Part shown: one piece after another, positions 37,110-46,112 of the stretch | Numbering within the stretch: the stretch's first letter is position 1 | Layout: each line of letters opens with the position of its first letter | IMG/VR virus record: IMGVR_UViG_3300050821_001955 | DNA length: 64,000 nucleotides | Direction: 5' to 3' (one strand) | DNA from: an uncultured virus (IMG/VR IMGVR_UViG_3300050821_001955) | Lineage: Duplodnaviria; Heunggongvirae; Uroviricota; Caudoviricetes | Notes under the pieces: model-generated | Databases searched by the model: none | Told to the model about the DNA's origin: nothing | The model's input: only the letters and a program-made list of their open reading frames with translations | Position numbers and translations under genes: made by a program

Positions 37110-38053
37110 TTAAACACCCCATTCTCCAAGTAGTCAGTTCCCCGTACTAGAGCTTTTTCTTTCACTTCTGAACGGAGAGTTACTAGCTGTACTTCTCTCC
37201 CCTTTGTCTTAGGTTTGTAGATATTCTCGTGGGTCTTAGAGACTTGTTCGATAGTTCCCGTTATCGCTAGCTCTCCTTTGCCTTTAAGGGGAAAGCCGCA
37301 ACTGAAGCAATGGTACTTAACTTGCTCTTGGAAAGCGTCCATGCTCTTATCCCACCAACCAGGTTCGATCTTAACTCCTAGGTCTGGGTAGTCCGGTTCA
37401 TTCTGATGGAGCATAGATTGAGCTCCCGCTATCTCACAAAAGTATCCTCTTAGCTCCCCCCTAAACGAGCATATCATCGCCGACCAATATTGATTCACAT
37501 CACACTTCCCTATCAAATCCCATATCTCGCTCTCATCCTCTATCACGTCTTTCATCGCTACGTAGACCGGAGAATGTCTGGAGTCTTGAGTAAGTCCTTT
37601 TAGCTCTCCTCTACATTCTGGCCAATCCCTAGCGAATTCATCGTATGCTTCTTGATCTAAATGAACGTTGAGATTAGAGACTTTAGGATTAAAGGTTATC
37701 CGACAATGATCCGCTTTACCTCTAGGATGATTACACCAAAGTCCTCTTTGCTCGTAAGGTATCCTAGCTCGCATTATCTTACAGAGCTCATCGAATTGAG
37801 GGTGCATCGCGGGGTTGCCGCCGAACATTCCGACTACTCCCCAATAGTCCGAAAGACTAGCACAAGCTACGTCGAATTGCTCTGGAGTAATCATAACAGA
37901 TTTTCCGCCTAGGTTACTACCTTGAGTACAACCAAAGCAACTCTTGTCGCATGACCTTATTATGTGAATTTGAAGAACACCTTGTCTCCATATAGAAGGT
38001 CTTTTATCTCTAGGACTTTTCATCTTAGGGAGAGTAGTTTCAAGAGTTTCCAT
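37106..38053 (-). CDS. Radical SAM protein
   Basis: CDKSCFGC, FGGNP..HP; additional Cys residues. Confidence 0.85.
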   Translation of the reverse strand: METLETTLPKMKSPRDKRPSIWRQGVLQIHIIRSCDKSCFGCTQGSNLGGKSVMITPEQFDVACASLSDYWGVVGMFGGNPAMHPQFDELCKIMRARIPYEQRGLWCNHPRGKADHCRITFNPKVSNLNVHLDQEAYDEFARDWPECRGELKGLTQDSRHSPVYVAMKDVIEDESEIWDLIGKCDVNQYWSAMICSFRGELRGYFCEIAGAQSMLHQNEPDYPDLGVKIEPGWWDKSMDAFQEQVKYHCFSCGFPLKGKGELAITGTIEQVSKTHENIYKPKTKGREVQLVTLRSEVKEKALVRGTDYLENGVFK

Positions 38054-38163
38054 TATTGTTTCCTAACTACGGGAACTTCATAATAGTCGGTATTTAAATC
38101 GCTAGCTGACTTACCTTCCGTGACTAAGTAGTAGAACCAATCGCTAACGGAGCTACACCATTG
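38053..38163 (-). pseudogene. Orphaned former 3' end of the upstream glycosyltransferase gene
   Basis: Translates QWCSSVSDWFYYLVTEGKSASDLNTDYYEVPVVRKQ*, paralogous to the C-terminus of 38800..39831. Confidence 0.8.
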
Positions 38164-38170
38164 AAATATA

Positions 38171-38800
38171 CTATCTTACTTTAACAGGAGTAGTGAGTGA
38201 TTTTACTATACTCCAATGATTTAACCTATATGCTAATGTTTCATAAGATATTTGTAGCTTATCTGCCCATTCAGCTACAGTTAGAGTAAACCCATTATAA
38301 GTGACATACCTATTATTTCTCCTATTATTGTTCTGTTCTTTGTGAGTAGCCCATCTTATATTATCTGGTTTATAATCTCCATCATTATCTGGCCAACGAT
38401 CCAGACTATGTTTTTTAGATGGACGATCCCCTACATCTTCTAAAAATAGCTTGAAATCTTTCCATCTTTCACAAACTTTAATACCCCTACCTCCATAGCT
38501 ATCCCAATTAGGGTCATTGGGATTAGTACATCTATCCCACATACTTCCCCAGGATGCTCTTAACTCATGGTAAAATAATCCATCCGTAGTATTTCTTTCT
38601 ATTAGAAGCTCTCTAGCTAGACAACCACAACTCCTAGTACCTCCGCTACGTAAATTACTACCAGTTGTAACCTTTGTATTACCGCAAATACAATGACATA
38701 GCCAGAGTATCCTATTATTTGAATTCCTTCCGGATATTCCTATTACGGTTAGTCTATCGAATTTATCCCCTATATGAATTTTACATTTACGACCTACCAT
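38171..38800 (-). CDS. HNH-type homing endonuclease
   Basis: WLCHCICG, SCGC, YGGRGIKVCERW, SLDR..NDGDY.PDNIRWAT. Confidence 0.9.
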   Translation of the reverse strand: MVGRKCKIHIGDKFDRLTVIGISGRNSNNRILWLCHCICGNTKVTTGSNLRSGGTRSCGCLARELLIERNTTDGLFYHELRASWGSMWDRCTNPNDPNWDSYGGRGIKVCERWKDFKLFLEDVGDRPSKKHSLDRWPDNDGDYKPDNIRWATHKEQNNNRRNNRYVTYNGFTLTVAEWADKLQISYETLAYRLNHWSIVKSLTTPVKVR

Positions 38801-39831
38801 TATTTAGCGTATCCTTTAGTGGATTTAAAATAGTTGGTATTTAGACTACTATCTGTTGCCCCCTCTGTTACAAGATAGTAAAATAGATCGCTCAAACTAC
38901 TACACCATTGTCTTTGTTCCGCCCATAGTCTGACTTTCTGACTAGCTTGAGCTATTTCGGTTCCTTGTAGCTCTTTACATACCTTTACTAAGTCATAAGG
39001 ATCTACTATGTACCAATTGGTTATCTTGTTTGTTCTACCTTGAGATTTAGTAGCCTGAATACTAGCGAGTCTCGGAATATCCTTCCATACGTCTCCGTCC
39101 GTAATAATCGTAGGAACTCCGCAAGCTGCGGCTTCCATAGGCTCTAAAGCTAGTCCGTCCGTATAGTGAGGACAGATTAAAACGTCTCCGTCACGGTATA
39201 GCTCCACGTTAGACGATAGCTCTCCCGAGAGGAGGTATTTAGATCCTAGGAACGTATCGACTTGGCTACGAACGATTACGGGCATCTCCGGCCAGATCCT
39301 AAGAGATTCCTTAAGAGTTTCTAGCCCCTTTCGTCCTTTAAATCCCCCGTTCCCGTTAAGGAATAGGAAGCGGTTACATAACGTTCTCGGAACGTAGCGG
39401 AACTTAGCGAGATCAATCGGCCAAGGGAATTTAACGCAATTGAAAGTAGAGCTAAACAGATCGTAGCTATATTGATTAGGACAGATAACCAAGTCAAGTT
39501 GATTAGTCCAACTACCTAGTTCCGTAGGGAACCACTCTTGCATCGGAATACAGACTAGTCTTTTCTTCTCCTCTTTCGCTATCTCGATGAGATTGTCATA
39601 GTAAGGAGTCTCTACAAATAAGAGACAATCGACAGACTTAACAAATTCTCGAATCTTAGGAGTATCGTAAGCCGGACAATATGTTTCTTCTACTCCTAGA
39701 ATTATCTCTTGGTTCAAAGGCTTCCTATGAGGCTTTATCAACCACTTATCTACTCTCCCATACTTAGCGATTTGTCTATTGACTTCTCCTAGTCCCGTAT
39801 TACAGTTGTATCCGACCAGACCTATCTTCAT
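38800..39831 (-). CDS. GT-B (family 4-like) glycosyltransferase
   Basis: TGLG, RKG, DGLALEPMEAAACGVPTI. Confidence 0.85.
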   Translation of the reverse strand: MKIGLVGYNCNTGLGEVNRQIAKYGRVDKWLIKPHRKPLNQEIILGVEETYCPAYDTPKIREFVKSVDCLLFVETPYYDNLIEIAKEEKKRLVCIPMQEWFPTELGSWTNQLDLVICPNQYSYDLFSSTFNCVKFPWPIDLAKFRYVPRTLCNRFLFLNGNGGFKGRKGLETLKESLRIWPEMPVIVRSQVDTFLGSKYLLSGELSSNVELYRDGDVLICPHYTDGLALEPMEAAACGVPTIITDGDVWKDIPRLASIQATKSQGRTNKITNWYIVDPYDLVKVCKELQGTEIAQASQKVRLWAEQRQWCSSLSDLFYYLVTEGATDSSLNTNYFKSTKGYAK

Positions 39832-40009
39832 GATTTCTCCTAGAGACTCAAGTTATCCATATCTAAGTCAAATTGTATCCTAGCAAATCCGATAGGACAT
39901 TTCCTAGCGAATCTAGCTAAATAACTGAAGAACCATTGATTTATAAACTTATCTCCAGCTTCATCCCGCTCATCCTCAGACATTCTCCAAAACCATTTAG
40001 AGTGTTCGT

Positions 40010-40213
40010 TCATTCTATAATCCTTTCTAAATACTCTTTTGCTTTCGATAACTTTCCACTCATAACGCGAGTAGCCCAAGCTCCTAATGCGTTGAGCTTC
40101 TCTTTCCGCTCTTGACATCCGCAAGGTGCTCCTAAGTACCGTTCGATTCGCTCGTGAGTTATACCTACTAAGGATAACGCTTTTTCGATCTTGTCGCCTA
40201 GTCCTTGGAGCAT
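40010..40213 (-). CDS. Small conserved phage protein
   Basis: GLGD.IEK...GI...CGC.ERKEKLN. Confidence 0.65.
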   Translation of the reverse strand: MLQGLGDKIEKALSLVGITHERIERYLGAPCGCQERKEKLNALGAWATRVMSGKLSKAKEYLERIIE

Positions 40214-40221
40214 CTTTAGAC

Positions 40222-40944
40222 CTATAGAAGCGAAAGAGCATCGAAAGTTTCTCCGGCAAATGAGGTAGCAGTGTTATTTTCGTCGTTGATATTTCCTATC
40301 GTACTCTCAATTCCTATATGCTGTACTAGGGTAGGATTATGAACGTACTCCGTATATCCTGCGTTTCGTAGAGAAGTTACTATTCCCCCGTCGATACTCT
40401 TAAACCCATTCTTAGTGCATTGAGGACGGACTACGAGATACTGTTGTTGGAGGAGAGTCGTAACCGCTTCTCTATCAAATACTAAGGCTAGTGCTCCCTT
40501 ACCCATCTGATTAGACTGATACCAACCCGCTGTCTTACCTCCGTTAGGAGCGTTCATCTGGTTACAAGGAAAGGTATAGAGATTCCAATAGCTTTTCTCC
40601 GGATACGTACACCGCTCTAGATACTGTCTAAGGTTCTTATAGGTGATAAAGTCATCTTGAAAGATAGCGTATCGATCCGCTAGCCCTCCTCCGCGTTGAG
40701 AGTTCTCATCACACTCTCTTAGATATAGTTCATAGAGACTTAGTACCCAATGACTAGCCGTACGGATAGCCGGATAGCGAGTAGTGATCGGGAGTCCGAA
40801 CTTATGGTAAGGTTCGGGAGACTCTATACCGTCTACGAATAGTCTAGGAGAGTTGAATCCGGCTTGTCTTAGAGATTCGAGAGTTTTAGGAAGTGTAGTA
40901 TCTAGTCTACTAGGAACTGTAGTGACTCCATACGCCCATTTCAT
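40222..40944 (-). CDS. GT-A fold glycosyltransferase-like protein
   Basis: VTTVPSR, IFQDD, GALAL, IDG, HNPTLVQHIG. Confidence 0.7.
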   Translation of the reverse strand: MKWAYGVTTVPSRLDTTLPKTLESLRQAGFNSPRLFVDGIESPEPYHKFGLPITTRYPAIRTASHWVLSLYELYLRECDENSQRGGGLADRYAIFQDDFITYKNLRQYLERCTYPEKSYWNLYTFPCNQMNAPNGGKTAGWYQSNQMGKGALALVFDREAVTTLLQQQYLVVRPQCTKNGFKSIDGGIVTSLRNAGYTEYVHNPTLVQHIGIESTIGNINDENNTATSFAGETFDALSLL

Positions 40945-40998
40945 CTTTTTCTCCCTATCTTTATTCTCAAACTTTTAGTATAAGCTAAGCTAATAAAG

Positions 40999-41095
40999 CC
41001 AACGTCTCTAGTATGCAACAACTAAGTCACATTGCTCGTAGGAGATCACGGTAGATGAAGGTCACGACTCTTCACCTATCGACTAGAGACGTTGG
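40999..41095. ncRNA. Long intergenic stem-loop, putative structured RNA
   Basis: 14-bp perfect outer stem ccaacgtctctagt/actagagacgttgg with internal hairpins. Confidence 0.45.
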
Positions 41096-41097
41096 AG

Positions 41098-43161
41098 TTA
41101 AACGTGTATAGGATTATAACCGGCAGCTGCTTCGGTTTGTACTCTTAGTCCTACTATGTAAATGTTATCTACGTCTTGAACCGCTACTCCCGATACCGCT
41201 CCCCATTCTATAAGACTAGGATTTATAGCCGTAGGAACGGCTTTTAAACCGTCTCGGAAATTAGTAGTCCAAGCTACTACCATATCTAGTCCGGAACCTC
41301 CGCTACCCGTCCCACTCCCAGTTCCCGAGCCGGTGCCAGATCCTGTTCCGCTTCCCGCTCTCTCGTATTTTCTACATACTCCTTGTCCCGCACTAAAGAT
41401 ACTACCTTCCAAGTCCATAGCTACACAAAGAGATTGGATGTCCTTTCCTTTCCATAGTTGCTTAGGGGGAATATCTTCACTATAGAGTAATGGACCTTTA
41501 TTAAAAGTGTTGAATGGAATACCAGTTCCTAAAACTCCTACTACGAATCCTCCGTTAGGATTTTTAGCTATACAAGAAGCTCCCGGAGGAGTTAGGAACC
41601 AGGGTTTAGGATCTGGAGTAGGAAACCCATCACTAGGATCTATGTCTTGTATCGTCCAAGGAGGAGCATAGCTACAAGCTAAACCAAAAGCCTGACCGTT
41701 AAATTCAGTAGGTAGATAGCAGAGGACACCTACCTCTATTTGGGAAACAGCGGTAGGAAGTAAGGGAGAGGGAGGAGAGCTTATATAAGTAGGGTCATAA
41801 CCAGGGATAGAAAAGCTAGGAGTTATCAAACCGTAGGCTAGTCCGGTAGAAATATAGTTAGGTACGGAGGGAAGATTAAGATCATTCCAAGTCCCAAAAG
41901 AAATTAGTTTAGTAGCTATAAATTGATACTGTGCTAGACATAATACATAAGGAACGGTAGGAGTTCCTAATGTATTAGAAGTACCTGTTCCTGTTCCTGA
42001 GTGAGCAGCGGTAATAGGTACAAAAGAGTAAATAACTTCAAAAGTTCCTCCCATAAGATTTAAAAGTTGTCCCATTATAGGAAGAGATAGAATAGCGTTC
42101 TTAATCGTTAAAGCATTATCATTACCGTCCGCTATTGAATGAACTTCTTTTAGAGTAACTATGTCCGTAGTTTGCCCCCAAAAGGTAAATTGAACTGTAC
42201 CCTTGGTGTATGGGCCAGTGTAGAGTCTAAAAAACCCTTCTTCAGTTGCATACGTATGCCCTGTCCAAGTAAATGGATTCTGCATAATAGGGAGAGTAAA
42301 TCCCCCATACTGAGTTTGGTTAAATCTAGACGGTCCTGATAGGGTTAAAAATCCTTGAATAGTATCGGGTAAGGATCGGCCTACCGTAGTAATTCCGGTA
42401 CTAGAACCAAAAGCCGTTCCTACCCCATAAGTCTGCCCCGTCTGAGTCGGTCCTATAAGTTGGCCGGCGAACGGCTCTTGTCTAGTAAGTAGGTTTAGAT
42501 TATTATCATACTGACAGATGTTAGCGTAATGATCTTTATTCTCTAATTGAGGATTATGATGTCCCCCGTAGGAATCGAGAGTAGTTAAAACTCCTTCACT
42601 ATCAAAACCTATCCAATAAGGAGTTCTCGCTTGTCCGCTATCCGAACTACTTCCCGTACCTGTACCTGACCCGGAACCTACCGGAGGATTGATAATCTCT
42701 AAGCTAGCTAGAATCTCTCCATCCGGACTAAACTTTATGATATGATTAAATCCGCTACCATCGTTATTAGAAGCAACATAGATATTAAGATCCTCTCCTA
42801 TACAAAAACAGATAGGAGTTCCTTGAGTAGGTTGATTGAATATGTAGTTCCAAAGCTCAGTTCCGGTTTCGCTATCGTACTTGATAAGAGACTTAGTAAT
42901 AGTTTCAAATGGAACGTTTAGAGAGGTAATCCCTTGGAGTAGAACTACTGGATTATCATCTCCTCCTACTAGAACACTAGCTCTAACATCACTCACTATT
43001 TTAGGGAGATTGCCGCTCTGTATAGCGTTAGAGTTTACTTGACTATCGCTCTTCCATTTTACCTTACCATTACGGTCTAGCTTTTGAATAGTGATATATT
43101 GAGGAGCTATTCCCCCTCTCCATCCCCAAGGAGGTAGACAACAGGTATTAAGGTTAGTCAT
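41098..43161 (-). CDS. Putative tail tip / receptor-binding protein (beta-propeller-like)
   Basis: Repeated K.D..G...W blade-like motifs and GSGTG linkers; downstream of the tape measure. Confidence 0.55.
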   Translation of the reverse strand: MTNLNTCCLPPWGWRGGIAPQYITIQKLDRNGKVKWKSDSQVNSNAIQSGNLPKIVSDVRASVLVGGDDNPVVLLQGITSLNVPFETITKSLIKYDSETGTELWNYIFNQPTQGTPICFCIGEDLNIYVASNNDGSGFNHIIKFSPDGEILASLEIINPPVGSGSGTGTGSSSDSGQARTPYWIGFDSEGVLTTLDSYGGHHNPQLENKDHYANICQYDNNLNLLTRQEPFAGQLIGPTQTGQTYGVGTAFGSSTGITTVGRSLPDTIQGFLTLSGPSRFNQTQYGGFTLPIMQNPFTWTGHTYATEEGFFRLYTGPYTKGTVQFTFWGQTTDIVTLKEVHSIADGNDNALTIKNAILSLPIMGQLLNLMGGTFEVIYSFVPITAAHSGTGTGTSNTLGTPTVPYVLCLAQYQFIATKLISFGTWNDLNLPSVPNYISTGLAYGLITPSFSIPGYDPTYISSPPSPLLPTAVSQIEVGVLCYLPTEFNGQAFGLACSYAPPWTIQDIDPSDGFPTPDPKPWFLTPPGASCIAKNPNGGFVVGVLGTGIPFNTFNKGPLLYSEDIPPKQLWKGKDIQSLCVAMDLEGSIFSAGQGVCRKYERAGSGTGSGTGSGTGSGTGSGGSGLDMVVAWTTNFRDGLKAVPTAINPSLIEWGAVSGVAVQDVDNIYIVGLRVQTEAAAGYNPIHV

Positions 43162-43163
43162 CT

Positions 43164-44192
43164 CTAGCCTCCGCTCGTACCGAGTTGAGCGTAGCTAAGA
43201 ATAACTCCAATACCTGTTCCTCCAGTTAAACTTTGATCTTGAGTTCCGGTTCCGGTTCCTGTATATTGCCAGTCTCCTAGCGGGAGAGGAATAAACATCT
43301 TAGCGAATTGTCCTACAAACTCTAGCTGCATCGTAGCGTTAGGAAATGGACCCCCGGTGACTATTACGTTAACACTAGTTCCCGTACCGGGAATAATTGC
43401 TTCGATCTTTTGTCTTACGACAGTAGCTGTATCGTTATAAACGAATGTAATATACGCGGGGGGTAGAGTAGGCAACGAGAGGAGGATAGAGAAGCTACCA
43501 AGCGTAGGATTCCCTAGCACCGTGATCTGGATTATAGTGTTCTTAGGAGCACATCCGGAAGCCGTAGCGACTAGCCAATCTCCAAACTTACTACGAAGTA
43601 CCGTTACCCAACCTCTAGAAACAGGATTAGGAGAGATGTTAAATACGTTCTTGGTTAGATTATCTACTAGTCTTAGGTGGGGATTTCCGTTAACATCGTA
43701 AACGATTTGATAGATTAGAGCCGTAGTCATTCCAGGTATAGCTGCTCCACTAATATTAGCAATACCAGGAGCACTACCTACTACGAGAGGATAGTTAGTC
43801 CCTCCGTTGACTGGTGGATTCTTTACCTTAGTAATCACTCCTTGAGAGTTTACGGTAATCTGGACTATCGCGTTATTATCTCCTCCTACCACGAAGATAT
43901 TGCTAATACCGGGAGAATAGCCCATCCCTCCCGTAGCAAGACTAACCGTAGTAATAACTCCTTGAGTATTCACTACTGTATTGATAGTACCTCCTGTACC
44001 TAGTGCTCCGTCTATCGTTCCCGGTAGATCAGCTGTTAATTGAGCTACGTAAACTTCCGGACTAGGGGCAGTATGAGGAGGAATACTATCTGTATGTCTA
44101 GCGGGGGTATCTATCCTATCACTTCTCATCCGATCTAAGAACTGTTGTAAGAGAGCTACAGTATTCTCTTTTAGCACTACGTACTTAGCCAC
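43164..44192 (-). CDS. Putative minor tail protein
   Basis: Position; Gly/Val/Thr-rich. Confidence 0.55.
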   Translation of the reverse strand: MAKYVVLKENTVALLQQFLDRMRSDRIDTPARHTDSIPPHTAPSPEVYVAQLTADLPGTIDGALGTGGTINTVVNTQGVITTVSLATGGMGYSPGISNIFVVGGDNNAIVQITVNSQGVITKVKNPPVNGGTNYPLVVGSAPGIANISGAAIPGMTTALIYQIVYDVNGNPHLRLVDNLTKNVFNISPNPVSRGWVTVLRSKFGDWLVATASGCAPKNTIIQITVLGNPTLGSFSILLSLPTLPPAYITFVYNDTATVVRQKIEAIIPGTGTSVNVIVTGGPFPNATMQLEFVGQFAKMFIPLPLGDWQYTGTGTGTQDQSLTGGTGIGVILSYAQLGTSGG

Positions 44193-44203
44193 TAGAAGAC
44201 TCC

Positions 44204-44803
44204 TTAAGCGGGGTACGCGGTGATAGTATACTTAGCCGAGCCCTTACGACATCGGATTCTATAGCTCGTTATGTCTATTGGAGAGATAGGAAGAGACTCT
44301 TTAGGGAGAATGTATTGGAAAGGAATAACTAGTAAGCTAGATTCTGTATTGAGTTCTATACCTATCTCAATTACTCTAGCTTTGATCTCTTCTAAGGCTT
44401 CCGGAGTAAGATTAACATCTGTATGCCCTCCTTCATCGTTACTAATGACTAGGAGGCTTACTTTATCCTCTAGCCATCCCGTATCAATAGGTTGCCATTC
44501 TTCCTTAGCCTTAGATTTCCCTTTATGACAAAGGCGAGTATAAGGTTGTTCTTCAGTCTCTAAGTCTCTACTAAATTGGAAGACCGTAGAGGTAGGTTGA
44601 TCCGCGTGTCGTCTATGACAGACTTGACCGGTTACTACTACAGCATCTTTGGTAATGAGATTTAGAGGAGGGATGCTAGTATCTACTATCTCGGTAGTAT
44701 TCTCATAGTCTTCTACGGGTTTAGAAGCAAGTTGAGGAGTCTCGGAAGGATCTATTATGTCGCTAGCGGGAATGTCCGCTTCTTCCCAATCGTCTGTACT
44801 CAT
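44204..44803 (-). CDS. Hypothetical tail-region protein
   Basis: ORF in tail operon. Confidence 0.5.
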   Translation of the reverse strand: MSTDDWEEADIPASDIIDPSETPQLASKPVEDYENTTEIVDTSIPPLNLITKDAVVVTGQVCHRRHADQPTSTVFQFSRDLETEEQPYTRLCHKGKSKAKEEWQPIDTGWLEDKVSLLVISNDEGGHTDVNLTPEALEEIKARVIEIGIELNTESSLLVIPFQYILPKESLPISPIDITSYRIRCRKGSAKYTITAYPA

Positions 44804-44822
44804 GATATTTGCCTATCATTTT

Positions 44823-46112
44823 TTAAAAGCTAGTTGGTAAACCTAACTGAAGAAAGTCTACTTCATTATAGTATTGAACATAGCGAGTAGCGGGAGTAGG
44901 AGGAGGAATAAAAGAGTTACCCGAACCTGCTGTAACTTGATTAGATGAGGGACTCTTAGAAGGTACTCCAACACTTACTCCACTAGGTAATCCTCCTCCG
45001 TCTAGAAGTACCGTAGCGAGTTCTCCTTGTCGGTCTTTGTACCTATCGAAGTGAGTAGGGTTAGTAGGATCTGGTAATTGTCCGTTGATCTTATCGAGAA
45101 TCCAATCAACTCCTTTAGTAGCTAATCCACTAGGACTGCTAGAGATTGGATAACCCGTACCTCCTGATAGGACTTTAACTACCGAAGCCACCTTACCCGT
45201 AGAATCTACTTTCACTTGTACTAAAGCATCATTATTACCTCCTACGACGTTAATCGTAATTGTAGCTCCCTTAGTATATCCGCTTCCGTTAGCTCCTACG
45301 CTGGCTGTCGTAATATTTCCCGAGCTATTGATTACTACATTAAGGGTAGCTCCGGTTCCGGAAGTCCCCCAATGTCCGTGTAATACTTTAGTACCGTGAT
45401 CTACTATTGTTCTATCAAAAGTTTCAGTATTTATATCAAATTCAAACTCTCTCGTATAGTAGAAGGAACAGATACCATAAGCCTTACGTTGCCAAGTAGC
45501 ACTAGAGAGCTTAACGCATCTAGCCGGCACTCCCCAGATCGGAAACTGATTAAGACAGTCTAGGTAACTCCCGAATAAGGCTAAGTCTAGAGAGCTAACG
45601 TTTTGAGAGAGTTTAACAGTAGGTCGATTACCATCCCACTCGTTTTGCGGTCCTTGAAATAACTCAAAGCTAGAGCTAGTGATCGGATTACCAAACCGGT
45701 CATAGAATCCGGGTTTAGTGTACTTAACAAAGCTTCCGCTAGCTTCTTGAGGCTGTAGTAGCGGATCGGTAATCGGAACCGTGAGGCAGAGATTAAGAGG
45801 CTTAGTAGAGAACTTCATCTCTACTTCCCAGAATCGGTTCTTATCTCCTTTCTTCTCTTGGGCTATACTTATCTTCATATTAGGGTAACAGAACGCCCAT
45901 TGATCCGTATCGTTACCTAGTTGATAAGGAGCACCCATCTGAGGTAGGCCGGGAGTAAGACTCACTACTCCAGGACCGTCCATCGGGTCAGTAGTCTTTA
46001 CCATAAAGGTAGCGGAGTAGTTCCGATAAGTCATCTCATCTATGTCGAGAGACCAACTTATAGGAGCGAGTCCCGTACCTAACCCTAGAGGATTTACGAG
46101 TTGTCCAGTCAT
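44823..46112 (-). CDS. Putative distal tail / minor tail protein
   Basis: Immediately downstream of the tape measure. Confidence 0.6.
   Translation of the reverse strand: MTGQLVNPLGLGTGLAPISWSLDIDEMTYRNYSATFMVKTTDPMDGPGVVSLTPGLPQMGAPYQLGNDTDQWAFCYPNMKISIAQEKKGDKNRFWEVEMKFSTKPLNLCLTVPITDPLLQPQEASGSFVKYTKPGFYDRFGNPITSSSFELFQGPQNEWDGNRPTVKLSQNVSSLDLALFGSYLDCLNQFPIWGVPARCVKLSSATWQRKAYGICSFYYTREFEFDINTETFDRTIVDHGTKVLHGHWGTSGTGATLNVVINSSGNITTASVGANGSGYTKGATITINVVGGNNDALVQVKVDSTGKVASVVKVLSGGTGYPISSSPSGLATKGVDWILDKINGQLPDPTNPTHFDRYKDRQGELATVLLDGGGLPSGVSVGVPSKSPSSNQVTAGSGNSFIPPPTPATRYVQYYNEVDFLQLGLPTSF

Noticed and set aside
39840..40259. 139-aa ORF
   Set aside because: Overlaps the more recognisable 40010-40213 gene in another frame; at most its 3' part is a small separate gene.
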